A stretch of 64,000 nucleotides of DNA from Basidiobolus meristosporus CBS 931.73 (taxonomy: Eukaryota > Fungi > Basidiobolomycota), in contig MCFE01000051.1 in the NCBI GenBank assembly GCA_002104905.1, forward strand, positions 62,001 to 126,000. Direction: 5' to 3'. How positions within the stretch are numbered: the first letter of the stretch is position 1; each line of letters starts with the position of its first letter. Shown piece after piece: positions 39,250-51,647 of this stretch. The position numbers were made by a program, and so were the translations under genes. The notes under the pieces are model-generated. The model made no database searches and was not told where the DNA came from. It saw nothing but the letters and a program-made list of their open reading frames with translations.

Positions 39250-41165
39250 GCTCTGGTTCCACAACTTTGGCGGGAACCCAACAGCATTATGCCACTGTTC
39301 ATTCACTGGCTCCCACATGTCCTGGTCTTCAGCCGGCACTGCAAGGTATAGTTTCTCATCTGCCAGTCTTTGCAATAAATCCTTGCAATATTCCGTGTAT
39401 TTTCTTGAGCACTGCTCTTGTAGAAGTGCTACAACTTCTTGGTGTGCCTATTAATGTTCCAAAACTCCACTGAAGGCATTGTGATAGTCTTTCAAGCCCT
39501 TAATGTTGTTGTCTTGTCTGTCAGTGGGATCTCCACTCTGTCAGCCATGGAGGCTGTGGAGGCTGTGGTAGACAAATTGCCTTTTTCAGCAAACTCATCT
39601 ACCTTGCTGGTGTATAGCTGAACTGGCTGCACTTCCAACTCTTGTGAAAGCAGCTGTTATCTTGTTGGTAATTCTTTTTGGCTATGATGGGACTTATTCT
39701 GCTCCTGGCTTGCGGCATTAATTGGCAAGAACTGCAGTTTTTTTGCATGCCTCCATGTCTTGGGGTTGGGTGGATATTTTTCCCTTTACCTTTTCCTTTA
39801 TCACTGCCAGGTCTTTCACTGCTACTTTGTCTGAGTGCTTCTTGTAAAGAACTATGTTTTCTCCTGGATGCATTCTGCTCTGACGCATCTGTTTTGGCCT
39901 GCTTGTCCCTTGCTGGCACTCTCCTGGCAGCCTGACATTTCTTTTCCGCTTGTTTTGAGCTCTCAACTGTAGTTGTAACAGGCTCCTGTAAATGCAACTG
40001 GTTTTTATCCCTGCCAGGTCCTTCACTGCTACATAGACTGGGTGCTTCTTAAGTGGTATACGCTTTTTCCTTGATAAATGTTGTGCTGGTGCATCTGTGT
40101 TTGCCTGCTTGTCCCTAATTGGCACTCTTCCAGCTACCTGACATCTCTTTAATGCTTGTCTGGATCTTTTAGCCCTGCTTGTAACAGGCTCCTGAGGAAG
40201 CCACTGGTTTTTAGCTATGGCACCTTTGTTCTTCTGCCTTCAATAGTTTCTGCTATTCTTAAGGTACTTTCTTAGCACACCAATGCTGACCCAAAATCCG
40301 TTTGCCCATTTGAATCCAGGATAATGCTCATGGAAAAAGTCAATTGCATTCTGTTTGGCCTTGAGTTCCTGATGGTCCCATGGTATGCCAGCCTTATGGT
40401 GATGGCATGCTAGACTTCTGGCAGCCTCTTGTATATTAGCCCACTCTTCATTATTGCACTCAACAGCTTCATGGATCTTGAATGTCTTTTGATTCTTAGC
40501 CTTTGGTATAAACACCACATTGTCTCCCTCCCATGATGTGATAGGTTTTTCTGTGGCCTTTATCTTTGGGCACTGTTGTTGTGCTTCAAAGACTGTACAG
40601 TGTTCTTCTGCTGTTACACTGGGAAATGGCTCAATTCTTGGCTGTGATATTGAGCTACTGGAGTTCCTACTTTGCAGCAAAGATACTGCTTTCCCTACCT
40701 GGGATATTGATTGCTCTACAAGTATTATCCACTCATCCTGTTTCTGGACTATTTCCTGATTTCTCTGGGCCGTTGCATCCATCCTATCAGCCACTCACCT
40801 AATTGCTTCATTAATGCTTTGGTATGAGCTGACAACATACTTGCTAATATGGGTGGTGGTGATGTTATCATGGCCACTTGCTGATCTTCAACTGAGGGTA
40901 CCGCATTTGCTACATTCTGATCTGCCAGAGCATAATGGTCAGCTTGTGGCACCACAGAGGTTCTCAATTGCCTACTTGACTGAGAGCCTGAGTAGTCTGC
41001 ATTATTACCTTCAATGGGCACACTGTCCACAGGACCTTTATTGGATGTAGCCCTGCTTGTTGCACTGAATGTCAAAGCAAGCTGTTGTTCAGCTGTTCTT
41101 CTGTTGCCATCAGCAGAGGGGTTTGGTTGAGAACCAGATGACTTTGCTTTATTTTTTTGCGGCAT
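39250..41165 (-). pseudogene. CACTA accessory (TnpA-like) ORF, frameshifted
   Basis: MPQKNKAKSS... to EWANIQEAARSLA..PWDHQELKAKQNAIDFFHEHYPGFKWANGFWVSIGVLRKYLKNSR; repeated in copies C and D; 3' limit approximate. Confidence 0.6.
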
Positions 41166-41387
41166 ATATATGGATGTGAGTCAAACCAAAGGGGAAATGG
41201 TGCTACATATACATGTGTATATGGTGCCACAACTCTATTTATAATGCTTACTATAGTGGGCCATCATTGCATCTTACATTCATGTAGGTGTGATGTCTCA
41301 GATACAAGACTGTCTTAAGTTCACATGAATATTGACCAAAAAGTGATATAATAGTGTTACATTGTTGAAGGTCAAACTGTTTGCCCC

Positions 41388-43492
41388 ATGGATAAGACTA
41401 CTTTAACTCAATGCCATAAGAGAAGAGAAAAAAGACCATGTGGCTATTGTGGCAAGCCTCTCAGCCATGAAGCACGCAGACAGCATAGGAAGTATTCCAA
41501 GGATCATGGCCAGTGTTTTGCCACCCAGGTCATACTTGACCAATCATTGGTCACTACTATACCAACATTATCTAGCCAGCCAGTTGATACTTCTATATTG
41601 GCACCTGGCCATCTTTGTCACCTTGCATAAACTGTGTCAGATGAGTTTGTGATGCCTTTAGGCTCACCTCAGCCTTCTGAATATGTCATGCAGAGTGATA
41701 GCTATGACAATGAAGGTACACTGATGGATTTTGAGTCTATCTCCCCTAACAACAGTACCATATATGGGCCCAGTCAAATCCCTTTATGCAATGAGATAAT
41801 ACCTGCTGAAACAAATGCCAAGGATACTTTATGGAGCCCAGTAGTCCATCTACTGGTGAGTGATGTAATGTTGTGGCTAGAGAAGTGGCATGTTTCCACT
41901 AATATCAGGAATGGGGGCTCTGAGGACTTACTGCTACTTCTTGCTAAAGTCATTCCAAAATGTAACTTACTATATACATAGTACAAGTGGACAACTGTCA
42001 TGCAGCTGGCAACATATGACCTGGAGACTTTCCTGACTCCAGCTTGTGTTAACAGTTGCAAGGCACTCACATCCAACAATGCCACCATTGCTACATGTCC
42101 AAATTGTTGGGAATCCACCAACATTGAGGTAAGATATTATTGACACTCCATATATATTCTAGTAATACCCCATCTAAAGAAGCTCATGCAGTCCAACAAA
42201 TATTGCAAGGCTATAAAGTACTGCACTCAGCATCAATCAAGCACAAACATATCCAGTATATTTGATGGCAAACATTACAACAGCTAAGAAGCAAGGGCTA
42301 CTTTGAAGGTATGTATGACCATACCTTTGCTTTAGCACTTGATGGATTCTCATTAAACAAGTACTCTGCCAGCAAATCCTGCTGGTCATGGATTCTCATC
42401 AACCTGAATCTGCCACCTATCTTATGGTATTAGAGCAAAAATCTGATGGTAGTCTCACTGGTATATGGGCCTAAATCACAGTCTAACCTGGATAGCTACC
42501 TGTATTCATTGCTGGATGCATTTTGTATGCTTTCCAGTGGGATGACAGTAAATGGCTGTTATGTAAAAGCATATATTATTATCTGCATTGAAGATACCCC
42601 AGCCATAAGCAAGATAGCTGTCTTCTCTGGGCACAATGGATGGTATTGCTGCTTAATGAGTGAGATACAGGTTACTTGCTCCATAACTCACACACATTAT
42701 TATTACCCAAACACCAACACAAAGAACATCATTTTCCCACAGAGACAACTTATGGAAGTCAGCATGCAATTGCAGCAAAATTGGCAAGCTATAAGCCATC
42801 AGCTGAAATATGGTAGTTATTGGAAACTGGAGATACTTAAGATAGAGGGTGTCTGTTCAAGCAAAAGCTTTCCACTGGGAGTAATGCATTTGCTTTTCAA
42901 CAATATCCCTATACTGATGACCAAGTTGTACATGGGGCATTTCAAGCTAAATGAGCCCTTTGAGATACCGGAGAAATTTGAAAGAATTGGCAGGATATTG
43001 TAGAGTGTCCACTACCTTATTTACTTCTCACAGGCTCCAATCAACATTCATATGCATATACAACAATACAAATGCAAAGACTGGATGAACTGGATATGTA
43101 TTTATTCAAGTGGCCTTTTGAAGCCATTCCTACTAAGAGTGCATTGGAAGCATTGGGAGTTATATGTGGACATTGTTGGAATATTTATCCTGAAGCAAAT
43201 CACCAATGCCAACTTGATGCATCTACAGCTGTTCTGCAAGGAGATTGTAATGGAATTTGAGCAGCTACACTACAAACATAATGCTGAATGTGTAGATCTC
43301 TGCCTCTACTGTATCTATTTGCTACTCCATTTTGCTTGGAGTATGAAGAATATTGTACCTTGCTTCACCTTTTGGGAGTTTCCTATGGAGCAGATGTGTG
43401 GGTAGATAGGAAGACAAGTCAAGTTGCAGGTACTACCATATCCTAGTCTCATCAAGAATATTACTTTCAAGTCTGTGATTGATGTGATGAGT
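41388..43492 (+). pseudogene. CACTA transposase (Transposase_21/Tnp2-like), degenerate
   Basis: N-terminal CGYCG..H; core LALDGFSL..W..ILINLNLPP..GPKSQSNLDSYL; FSGHNG..CC; LHF..GP/VP..FWEFPMEQMCG; continues at 46735. Confidence 0.85.
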
Positions 43493-43494
43493 AT

Positions 43495-43839
43495 TGTAAG
43501 AGTCTTGGAGATATTGGAAGTGATTGTGAGGACAAGTAGATTATGTGGTTTTCACTTAATGATTTATTGAATGTAAAAGTAGTATTTATTCTTTTACATG
43601 GTCTTGACATAACAAGCATGTAGAATAGATTAAGGAAGGTCCCAAGAACATGTGTGCAAAGTTTGGGTTTACTTGGACAACTTTGAGAATTTTCATGTTC
43701 TAGGTACCTGGTATTTTGGTGAAAATATTCTAAGTAAATCCCAACAAGGAATTTGGTCAGTATTCTCTAGGATTTGAAGGTAATGATCTAAGTGACTAAG
43801 TTAGGTGAATATTCAGGTGGAATTACCAATTTTCCAACA
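43495..43839 (-). repeat. Copia-3 3' LTR
   Basis: 345 bp, TGTAAG...CCAACA, directly after the degenerate PPT at the end of pol. Confidence 0.75.
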
Positions 43840-46734
43840 CTCCAACTCAGACAAATGCTCATACTGACTAGTCCTAATTTTGACCTAAGATATTCAGACT
43901 TGTCTCTACCTAATGGTTTGGTAAAGATGTCTGCAATCATTTGCACTGTAGGACAGTAAGCTAAGCTAACTAAGTTATTTTCTGTAGCTTCACATATGAA
44001 ATGATGTCTAATATCTATGTGCTTGGTTCTAGCATGAAAGGTCAGATTTCTACCTAATTGTATACATCCTTGATTATCTTGAAGTAAAGTAATAGGCATT
44101 TTTTGACATAGGCCTAAATCTGTAAAAAGCTTTCTTAACCACATTGCTTCTTTTGTAGCTTTACAGGCTGCCATATGCTCTGCCTCTGTGGTAGAGAGTG
44201 CTATGGTTGGTTGCTTTCTTGAGTTCCATGAAATTGCTCCCTTACAGTAAAGACAGGTGCATCCTGTGGTAGTTCTTCTGTCTTCTAAATTTTGTCCCCA
44301 ATTGGCATCAGAGTATCCCACAAGATCCTGTTCTGAATCCTTATAAGTGTATCTTAAGCAGATATCAGCAGCTCCTTTTTGATACCTAAAAATTTGCCTA
44401 ACTGCTGCAATATGATCAGATCCATAGTTCTGATTATGCTGGCTCACAGCTCCCACCGAATATGAGATATCTGGACGTGTTCCAAGCATGATATACATCA
44501 GACTACTGACCACAGATTGATAAGGAAGGTCAGGGCTTTCAGATGGCACCAAACTCTCTTAATTTGGTTGAGTTTTTACCAAGTTAAGGTTTGTCTGCAT
44601 TGGTGTAGCTGCCGGTTTACAGTCTTCCATTTGGTACTTCTTTAGTATATCTTGAATATACTTGGATTGGCTTAGGGTAATAGTCTGGGTACTTCTGTCT
44701 ATGGAGAACTTAATCCCTAAGTAGAAACTGAGTTCTCCTGGAATGGACATCTTGAGCTTTTTAGATAGGCAGTATTAAGTCTCTTCCAATGTTGCTAGGT
44801 TATTGGTGGCTATAATAAGATCATCCACATATAGAGCTAATAGAACTGGATTTGCTCTATCTGGCTTATAGTATATACTATAGTCAGCATCACTCCTTTT
44901 GTAACTCAAAGATTCCAAATAAGAATCTATCTTGCAATTCCAGGCTCTTGGTGATTGTTTGAGACCATATAGTGACTTTTTAAGCTTGCAGACCAAATGG
45001 GGTTATCTTGGTCAACAAACCCATCAGGCTGGTCCATATGCATGTCCTCATCAATTTCTTCATTCAAAAATGCAGTTTTTACATCCATTTGATGAATAAA
45101 AAACTTATATTTGGCTGCAATAGCCAATATTAATCTGATGGAATTAAACTTGGCTACCAGTGCAGAAGTCTCAGTATAGTCAAGTCCTTTTGTTTGAGAG
45201 TATCCTTTGGCTACAAGTCTTGCTTTGTATCTTTCAGCTGTACCATCAGCCTTGTATCTTATTTTGAAGACCCATCTATTTTGGTTGATTGGTAATTTGA
45301 CTAAGTTCCAAGTTAGATTTTCCATCAGGACCTGATATTCCTCAGTCATTGCAGATCTCCAAAACTTTGTCTGAGGGCTATTTAGGGCCTCTTTTACAGT
45401 CTGGGGCTCATCAATATGGACTGAATAGGCATAGGCTAAGTTTGTACCCTCATTGATATAGTAATTTGGGCTATTTCTTGTCCAATTTGATCACCATGCA
45501 TTTGATACTGGAATGATCACTTCTGGGATATTCCAGGGCACTGATTCTGGCTGAACCATGGTTATAGAGTCCTCTGGAGTGAAAAGATTTACATTGTTTT
45601 GCTCTGATTCAATCCTGACAATTGGTGGATTGGAGACCAGATTTTTGTCATCATCTGATTCAATTTTTTGTGAAAATTTGAATTTTCATCAGACAACACA
45701 TCCCTGAACTTGATTTGCTTCTTTGCTTTGGTATTATAGAGTCTGTATGCTTTACTCTCATTGCAGTAGCCCAAAAATAAGCATTTTACACTTTTTGGCT
45801 CAAATTTTGACTGATTTCCGGGCAGTTTCTTGGCATATGCTGTACAACCAAATATTCTTAGATATTCTGCACTTTGTCTATATCCATACCATGCTTCAAA
45901 TGGAGTAGAATTATGAAGTATTCTGTTATAACTCCTATTTTAAGATATAGAGCAGTGGCAACTGATTCCACCTAATAATCATAGGATAATTTTTGATCAT
46001 GGATCGTAGATCTTGCCATATCAATTATTGATCTGTTAGCATGTTCTGCTACTCCATTTTGCTGTGGGGAGTATGGTACAGTAGTCTCTTGCTTTATCCC
46101 ATAAATTTTGCAGTAGTGGATGAAGAGTTTTGAGGTACATTCTCCACCGTTGTCAGAGCATATTTTCTTGATTTTTTCACCAGTTTCTCTCTCCACCATG
46201 GCTTTAAACTCCCTGAGCCTAGACAGAGCTTCTTCCTTTCTCTCCATGAAATAGCCCCATGTGTATCTTGTATAATCATCAATAAAGGTGATTAAATACT
46301 TCATCCCACCTAATGATAAATTTTGCATAGGTCCACACAGATCTGAGTCAATTGGATCTAATTTTTTCTTAGTTTTGATCAACCCAGAGCTCTTGAACAG
46401 TTGTCTGGCTTGTTTCCCATATATGCAGGCTTCACAGTGCTCCAAATTAGCTGGGGAATCAACTTTTACTCCAGAAATTAGCTGATCTTTGATCATTTTG
46501 TACAAATAGTCAAAATTGATGTGCCCAAATCTCCTATGCCAAAGCATTGGTGTTTCTTCATTTAAGTTACTTATATTGGCTTCCAAATATGATGGAATAT
46601 AAGTCAACTTGTAAAGGTTCTGATCTCTGATGCCCAAAGCAATATGGGCACCATTTTGATCAGTGATCTTGCATCCAGAATTGTCAAACCTGAACTGAGT
46701 CCTTCTGCAGTAGCCTTGATAACAGATAGTAGGT
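43495..46734 (-). mobile_element. Ty1/Copia element (Copia-3), 5'-truncated, one LTR
   Basis: GAG-pre-integrase LWHRRFGH, integrase (FIDDYTRY, SDNGGE, PQQNGVAE), RT (ALYVDDLII), RNase H (GYSDANWG, KHIDIRHHF); LTR 43495-43839. Confidence 0.93.
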
Positions 46735-47269
46735 AAGAAGTTCTTTGCAGATATTCAGGAGGTATTCATGGCAGAAGTAGCAACAACCAAGCATATGTTT
46801 GCAAGATGTATATGTTACCAGCAGTGCAAGATATATGGCAACTTAGCAAGTATCACACCAAAAAGCCATAGATTTGAGGTAATAGAAGTATGTCAATTGA
46901 GGCAGGTGTGCATGTTTATAGAGGTTAGTAAGCAGGAGGCCATAGTATTTTTTGATGCAAACTACATGTGGAATACCCAAGGTAGTTGTGGGTAAGCAAA
47001 TAAAGAGGGGTGATTCTACAGTGAAACATACAAACTACACAAGGGGAGGTAGAAAAAGGAAATACCATCTGGTAAATTGGTACAGTTGCATTGTACAGAA
47101 CTAGCTGTAGGCCACAATACTGCCATGATAATGCCATTGGAGACTTGCAATGAGGCCATCAATACTTAATTCCAAGCTGCCAGTATTATTGCAGTCTCCT
47201 GATGGGATCTTGATGGCTGATCTGGATTGGATCCACCCATGGGACCAAATTATTTTTCATAGAGGAAGG

Positions 47270-47746
47270 ACATTAAGGCAGAGGTGCCTATTGAATGGTG
47301 GATTTCAATGGAGTTACTTGTTGAGTTTGAGGCTGGGTTTAATGTTAGTGTTGGGTATAGGGGCTTGTGTAAGTCAGTACAATCTACAACTGAGTCACAT
47401 CTAAATATTCAAAAGAGATCAACCAATCCATGTGCATGAAAAGTAAGGGCTCCACTGAAGTCAGCAAGGAGTGAGGAAAAGAGGCAACAGCCAAACAATG
47501 TACACAAATGTAGGAGAGGATTGAGTGTACAGGATCAGAAGCAGAGAGAAATGGCTGAGAACTGGTCAAAGCAACTTGGGGACTGTTGAGATGAGAAATT
47601 TTGACCAAGTGTTTTGGGAAATCTGAGGTGCAGTTTTTTTCCTACAGTTTTTACATGATGTCCTGACAGCATCAATACCTCTTGGTCACTGGATTTAAAT
47701 CTAGTGACAGCCTTTTGACTGGACCATCAGAAGTATTTTGATAGGG
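47270..47746 (-). mobile_element. Inverted left-end fragment of another CACTA-family copy (F)
   Basis: Reverse complement begins CCCTATCAAAATAC..GTCAAAAGGC..AAGAGGT and aligns to 38770-39240. Confidence 0.8.
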
Positions 47747-48205
47747 GAAGTACTTGAGAAAATGCTGACACAGTGAATCAATGAAGTTTTTTGCAAGCGG
47801 GAGAACTACATCAATCAGGCCTAGTTTGTATGCATAGCAGGAGTACATAGCATTGCACAAATGTCACCATTCTACTTGGTTTAATGAAAGGTGCTCAGAA
47901 GAAAATTTCCAGAGCAAGTGTGTTCCTCATTACTCAACAAAGTGGCAAGTGAATGGCCTGCTTTGTTGGGAGACCACCAGTAGGATCTACCTGGTATGCT
48001 ATTCTACCATATTTTGGCCAAACTAACTCCTGACCATCTCAATGTGATGGAGGATCCCACCCAGCTGGCTAATCATGTGAAGCCAAATTGTAGACTAGAT
48101 GGTGATCCGCATCCCAAGCACCCAAATGGAAGTGCGTACAAGTCAGCCTGGTCAATCGAAGAACTTTATTGTTATATGTCCACCCCTGCCTACATCCAAT
48201 CCCCC

Positions 48206-51200
48206 CTACATCCCACCCAGGGCGTCGTTCTGCTCATCCGCGGTGGTGACGATCTGCCTGAACCCATTCCCCACGTCGAGGGAGGTGGATTTCTCGTAGG
48301 CCTCGGGGGAGCGGTCGAGGATGAGGGCCATCTCCTCGGGGGACAGCACATCCCCGCCGTGGTGGATCACCTTGGCACTCTCGTCCGCATGCTCCAGGAT
48401 CTCCAGCAGATCCTCCAGGTTGATCCTCGACTGGCACTTGGCCTGGGCCCCTTTGAACTGCCGCTTGTGGATCACCAACTTCTCCAGGGTTCTCTTGCTG
48501 TTGGCCCGGTCGAGGATCTGGGACTCGACGGAGTTCGAGGTGACGAACCTGTACACGACGACCGGCTTCGTCTGGCCTATGCGGTGCACCCGATCCTGGG
48601 CCTGAAGGTCCATCTGGGGATTCCAATCGTTGTCGAACAGGATCACGGTGTCCGCGGCGGTCAGGTTGATCCCCAACCCGCCGGCCCGCGTGCTGAGCAG
48701 GAAGACCTCGATCGAGGGGTCGGTGTTGAACTCGTGGATCTGCTCGCGACGCTCCTCCTGGTGGATGTGACCGTCGATGCGACAGCACCTCCACTTCTTC
48801 ATGAGCATCAGCCAGTCCTCGATGAGGTCCAGCATCTTGGTCATCTGGGAGAAGACCAGCACCCGGTGCCCCCGGGCGATCAAGGCGGTGAGCAGCTGAT
48901 CCAGCAGGATCATCTTCCCGCTGGAGTGTTGGATGTCTGGGGTGACATTGAGGTAGCCGGTTTGGTCATCGTATGGACCGTCGAACAGGTACGGATGGTT
49001 GCATACCTTGCACAATTGCATCATCATCATTTGCAATTTCATGTGTTTGAAGGCTTTCTGATTCGGTGCTGGCGTCGGGCGGGGAACATTGGGTTAGTAC
49101 GTGTAGTACTCAAGCTCATCACCGACTCACCGTCTTTCGGCGCAGGCATTTCTGCCGTCTCGGCTTCCTCGATGTTCTCAACCTGGTCGAAATACTCATC
49201 GTCCGATACCTCAGCGTAGCTCGTATTCTTGGTAGCTGATCTGCGATGGCCTCGGCCTGTAGGTAACGTCAGCGATCTAGATTGGGGATACCAGAGGGGC
49301 TACAAGGAAGACTCACCTTCGTGCAATGCCTGCTCCTCTGGATCGGGCTCGGTGTCGGCGATCCGCATACGTTTCTTGAGGAAGCTATGGATCTGTCCGT
49401 TCAAGATGGCGTCGTAGTACTCCTTCTGTTTGGAGGTCATGGGGGCGTACAGGATGTACTCCCGTTTCTTGGGCAACTGGAATTCCACTGATCGAGGATA
49501 GGTTAGTGGCTGACGGAGGAGAGTGAACGATGGGTACAAACGGAAGCTCCCTACCGTCCGACTTCAACCGTCTTAGCAGGAACGGCTTAAGGATGTGGTG
49601 AAGCTTGGAGACGATGTTGTGCTGCGTCTCGTCACTGATCACCTTCTCCTTCCCCTTCTTCTCGTTGAGATCGTTGAAGTCGAACCAACTTTGGAAGATC
49701 TCCACGCTGTCGAAGATGTCCGGGAGCAGGAAGTTGAGCAATGACCAAAGCTCGAGGAGGTTGTTCTGTGGGGAAGTGGGGTGAGTACGGGTGTCCGCCG
49801 GAATGCATTCACCAGAGCTAACCTGCAAAGGGGTTCCGGTAAGCAACAGTCGATTCGCGCTATGATAGGATTTCAGCTCTCGGACAAGCTTGCAGTTCAT
49901 GTTCTTGATTCTGTGACCCTCGTCGATGACCAGGTACTTCCAGGCGTATTTCTAAATCCCTGGTTAGGCCGGGCCGAGAAAGAGAGGTGGAACCGAGCCC
50001 ACCTGGAGGTATTTGCGATCGTTCATGATCAACTCGTACGAGGTCACCACGACCGGGAACGTTTCCCCAAGCTTGCCCATCCGTTTACGCCTCATGTGAG
50101 CCCTCTCTTCGATGGACCCGTGGTAAAGCAGCACGGGAATGGTAGGAGTGAATCTATGGGATAACGTTGGAACGGCTTCGTTACAGTGGCACAGCCAACC
50201 GTGTACCTACCTGTTGAATTCGCTTACCCAGTTTGCAAGGGTCGACATCGGAGCAATGATAAGATATGGGCCCCACACATTACGCTCCCGTAGATAGGCC
50301 AAGAAACTGATGGTTTGCAGGGTCTAGATAGGAGAGCGCAGTAAGCTTGCGAATCAGCAACTCTATGGAATTGAGCCTACCTTGCCAAGGCCCATTTCAT
50401 CGGCCAGGATACCATTCAAGCCGTTCTCATACAGAGAGACTAACCACTCAAACCCGGCCAGTTGATAATCTTTCAGTATCCCGCCAGTGACGAGGATGGG
50501 TTGTCTCGAGGACACGGTTTGGCCGTTGATGATTCTGGTGGCAGTTGCCTCTTCAGGCTCCGCTAGCTCATCGCCCTTGGCTCGCTTAGTATTTTCCTGT
50601 AAGTGGGAATCCTCAATGATGATGAACCGGATGAGAATAACTGTGGCCAAATACCTCATCCGTATGATCCGGGGCCGACGATCCCTCCTCATATTTCCTC
50701 TTCTCACCAAGGAGATTTCGGCTCGATAGCGAGTCGGTCTCCTCCAGGCTCCCCTTTTCCCGCTTCTCCTGCTGCTCCTTCTCCAGGCGCTGAGTGAGGA
50801 ACTGCGAGTACAGGGTGGATTTCTCCAGAAGGTAGTTCAGCCGATTCAGCCGACTTGCCTCTGTCTCGCGTTTCAACTCCAGCATAGCCTATGCGTTCAA
50901 CCCGTAAGTCCCAAGTGGCGAACTCTTGCTAGCACCTCCTCACCACGCCAAAGCCGGCCTACCTTTTGCCGCTCGGTCAGAGCTTTGGTTTCGTTTGCGG
51001 AACTGTTGGAGGTTCCCGTCGTAGTAGAAGTGCTAGTCTCGGGTTGAGCGCTTTTCTCTTGGGGAGGGTTGGCGGCCTGAATGGAACCCTCATCTGCTGG
51101 AGGTTTCGACTGTGGAAAGGTCCGAATATAAGGTTACTTGAACGGTGTCCTCTCTACCCTGCTCCTAACGACCAGGAAGCTTACCTGAAACCTCCCCTCA

Positions 51201-51345
51201 TTCGACCTGGATTCTATGACCTCCTCCTCAGGCTAGTCAGAAGTACATTAAAGTTAGCTGGAGAAGTCGGCAGCCACGCAAACCACCTGGTTACCTTCGG
51301 GCTAAGGTCAGGCGAACCGTCGTGAGTACTACTTACGCCAAGCAT
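48206..51345 (-). CDS. HELLS: HELLS/Lsh/DDM1/IRC5-subfamily SNF2 chromatin remodeler (12 exons, 11 GT-AG introns)
   Basis: [17 protein letters not shown]-terminal signature, [10 protein letters not shown]|[56 protein letters not shown]; frame traced by hand across all introns; exon 1 donor ambiguous but in frame. Confidence 0.92.
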
Positions 51346-51647
51346 ATTCGAAGGAATTTTATTGAAAACGGAGGGACCCACGTACACGGGATATACGAAA
51401 TATGTGAAACAGGAGTGGCAGGAAACGGTGACTGGATGGAATGGACACGAGTCAGACGTGGACCCGGTCTGAGTGATGTGCTCATCAGAGCCGGACTAAG
51501 CCCACGGAAATTCCCCACCCTTTGCCAGAAGTCGCGGTTGATTTGGCCTCGGCGTTCGCTGGCAAATCAAGTTCCTCGGATTCATGCATATATGCCTGGG
51601 TGTCTGGGAGATGCGGATGTTATTTGGCATTTCTATATTTATTGTTC

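Larger units (their letters stand above)
38770..47264 (+). mobile_element. Most complete CACTA/CMC-family element (copy A), interrupted by Copia-3
   Basis: Left CCCTATGAAAAAT (38770) and right ATTTTTCATAGAG (47252-47264) match 12/13; divergent accessory ORF and Tnp2-type transposase; no TSD found. Confidence 0.85.

Noticed and set aside
38770-47746. Apparent ~80-480-bp TIR pair defining a 9-kb element
   Set aside because: 47270-47746 is a second left end; the true right end, shared with copy B at 5217, is at 47264
1-48100. Classical ascomycete RIP (CpA>TpA)
   Set aside because: CA and TG are abundant and CG is the missing dinucleotide; fits CpG-directed mutation, though indices were not computed
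47747-48160. Possible relic of a gene convergent with HELLS
   Set aside because: No frame gave a recognisable motif even after treating stops as C>T changes
47996-49219. 407-aa plus-strand ORF and overlapping 186-aa ORF (48234-48794)
   Set aside because: Shadow frames of the GC3-rich HELLS last exon; no recognisable protein
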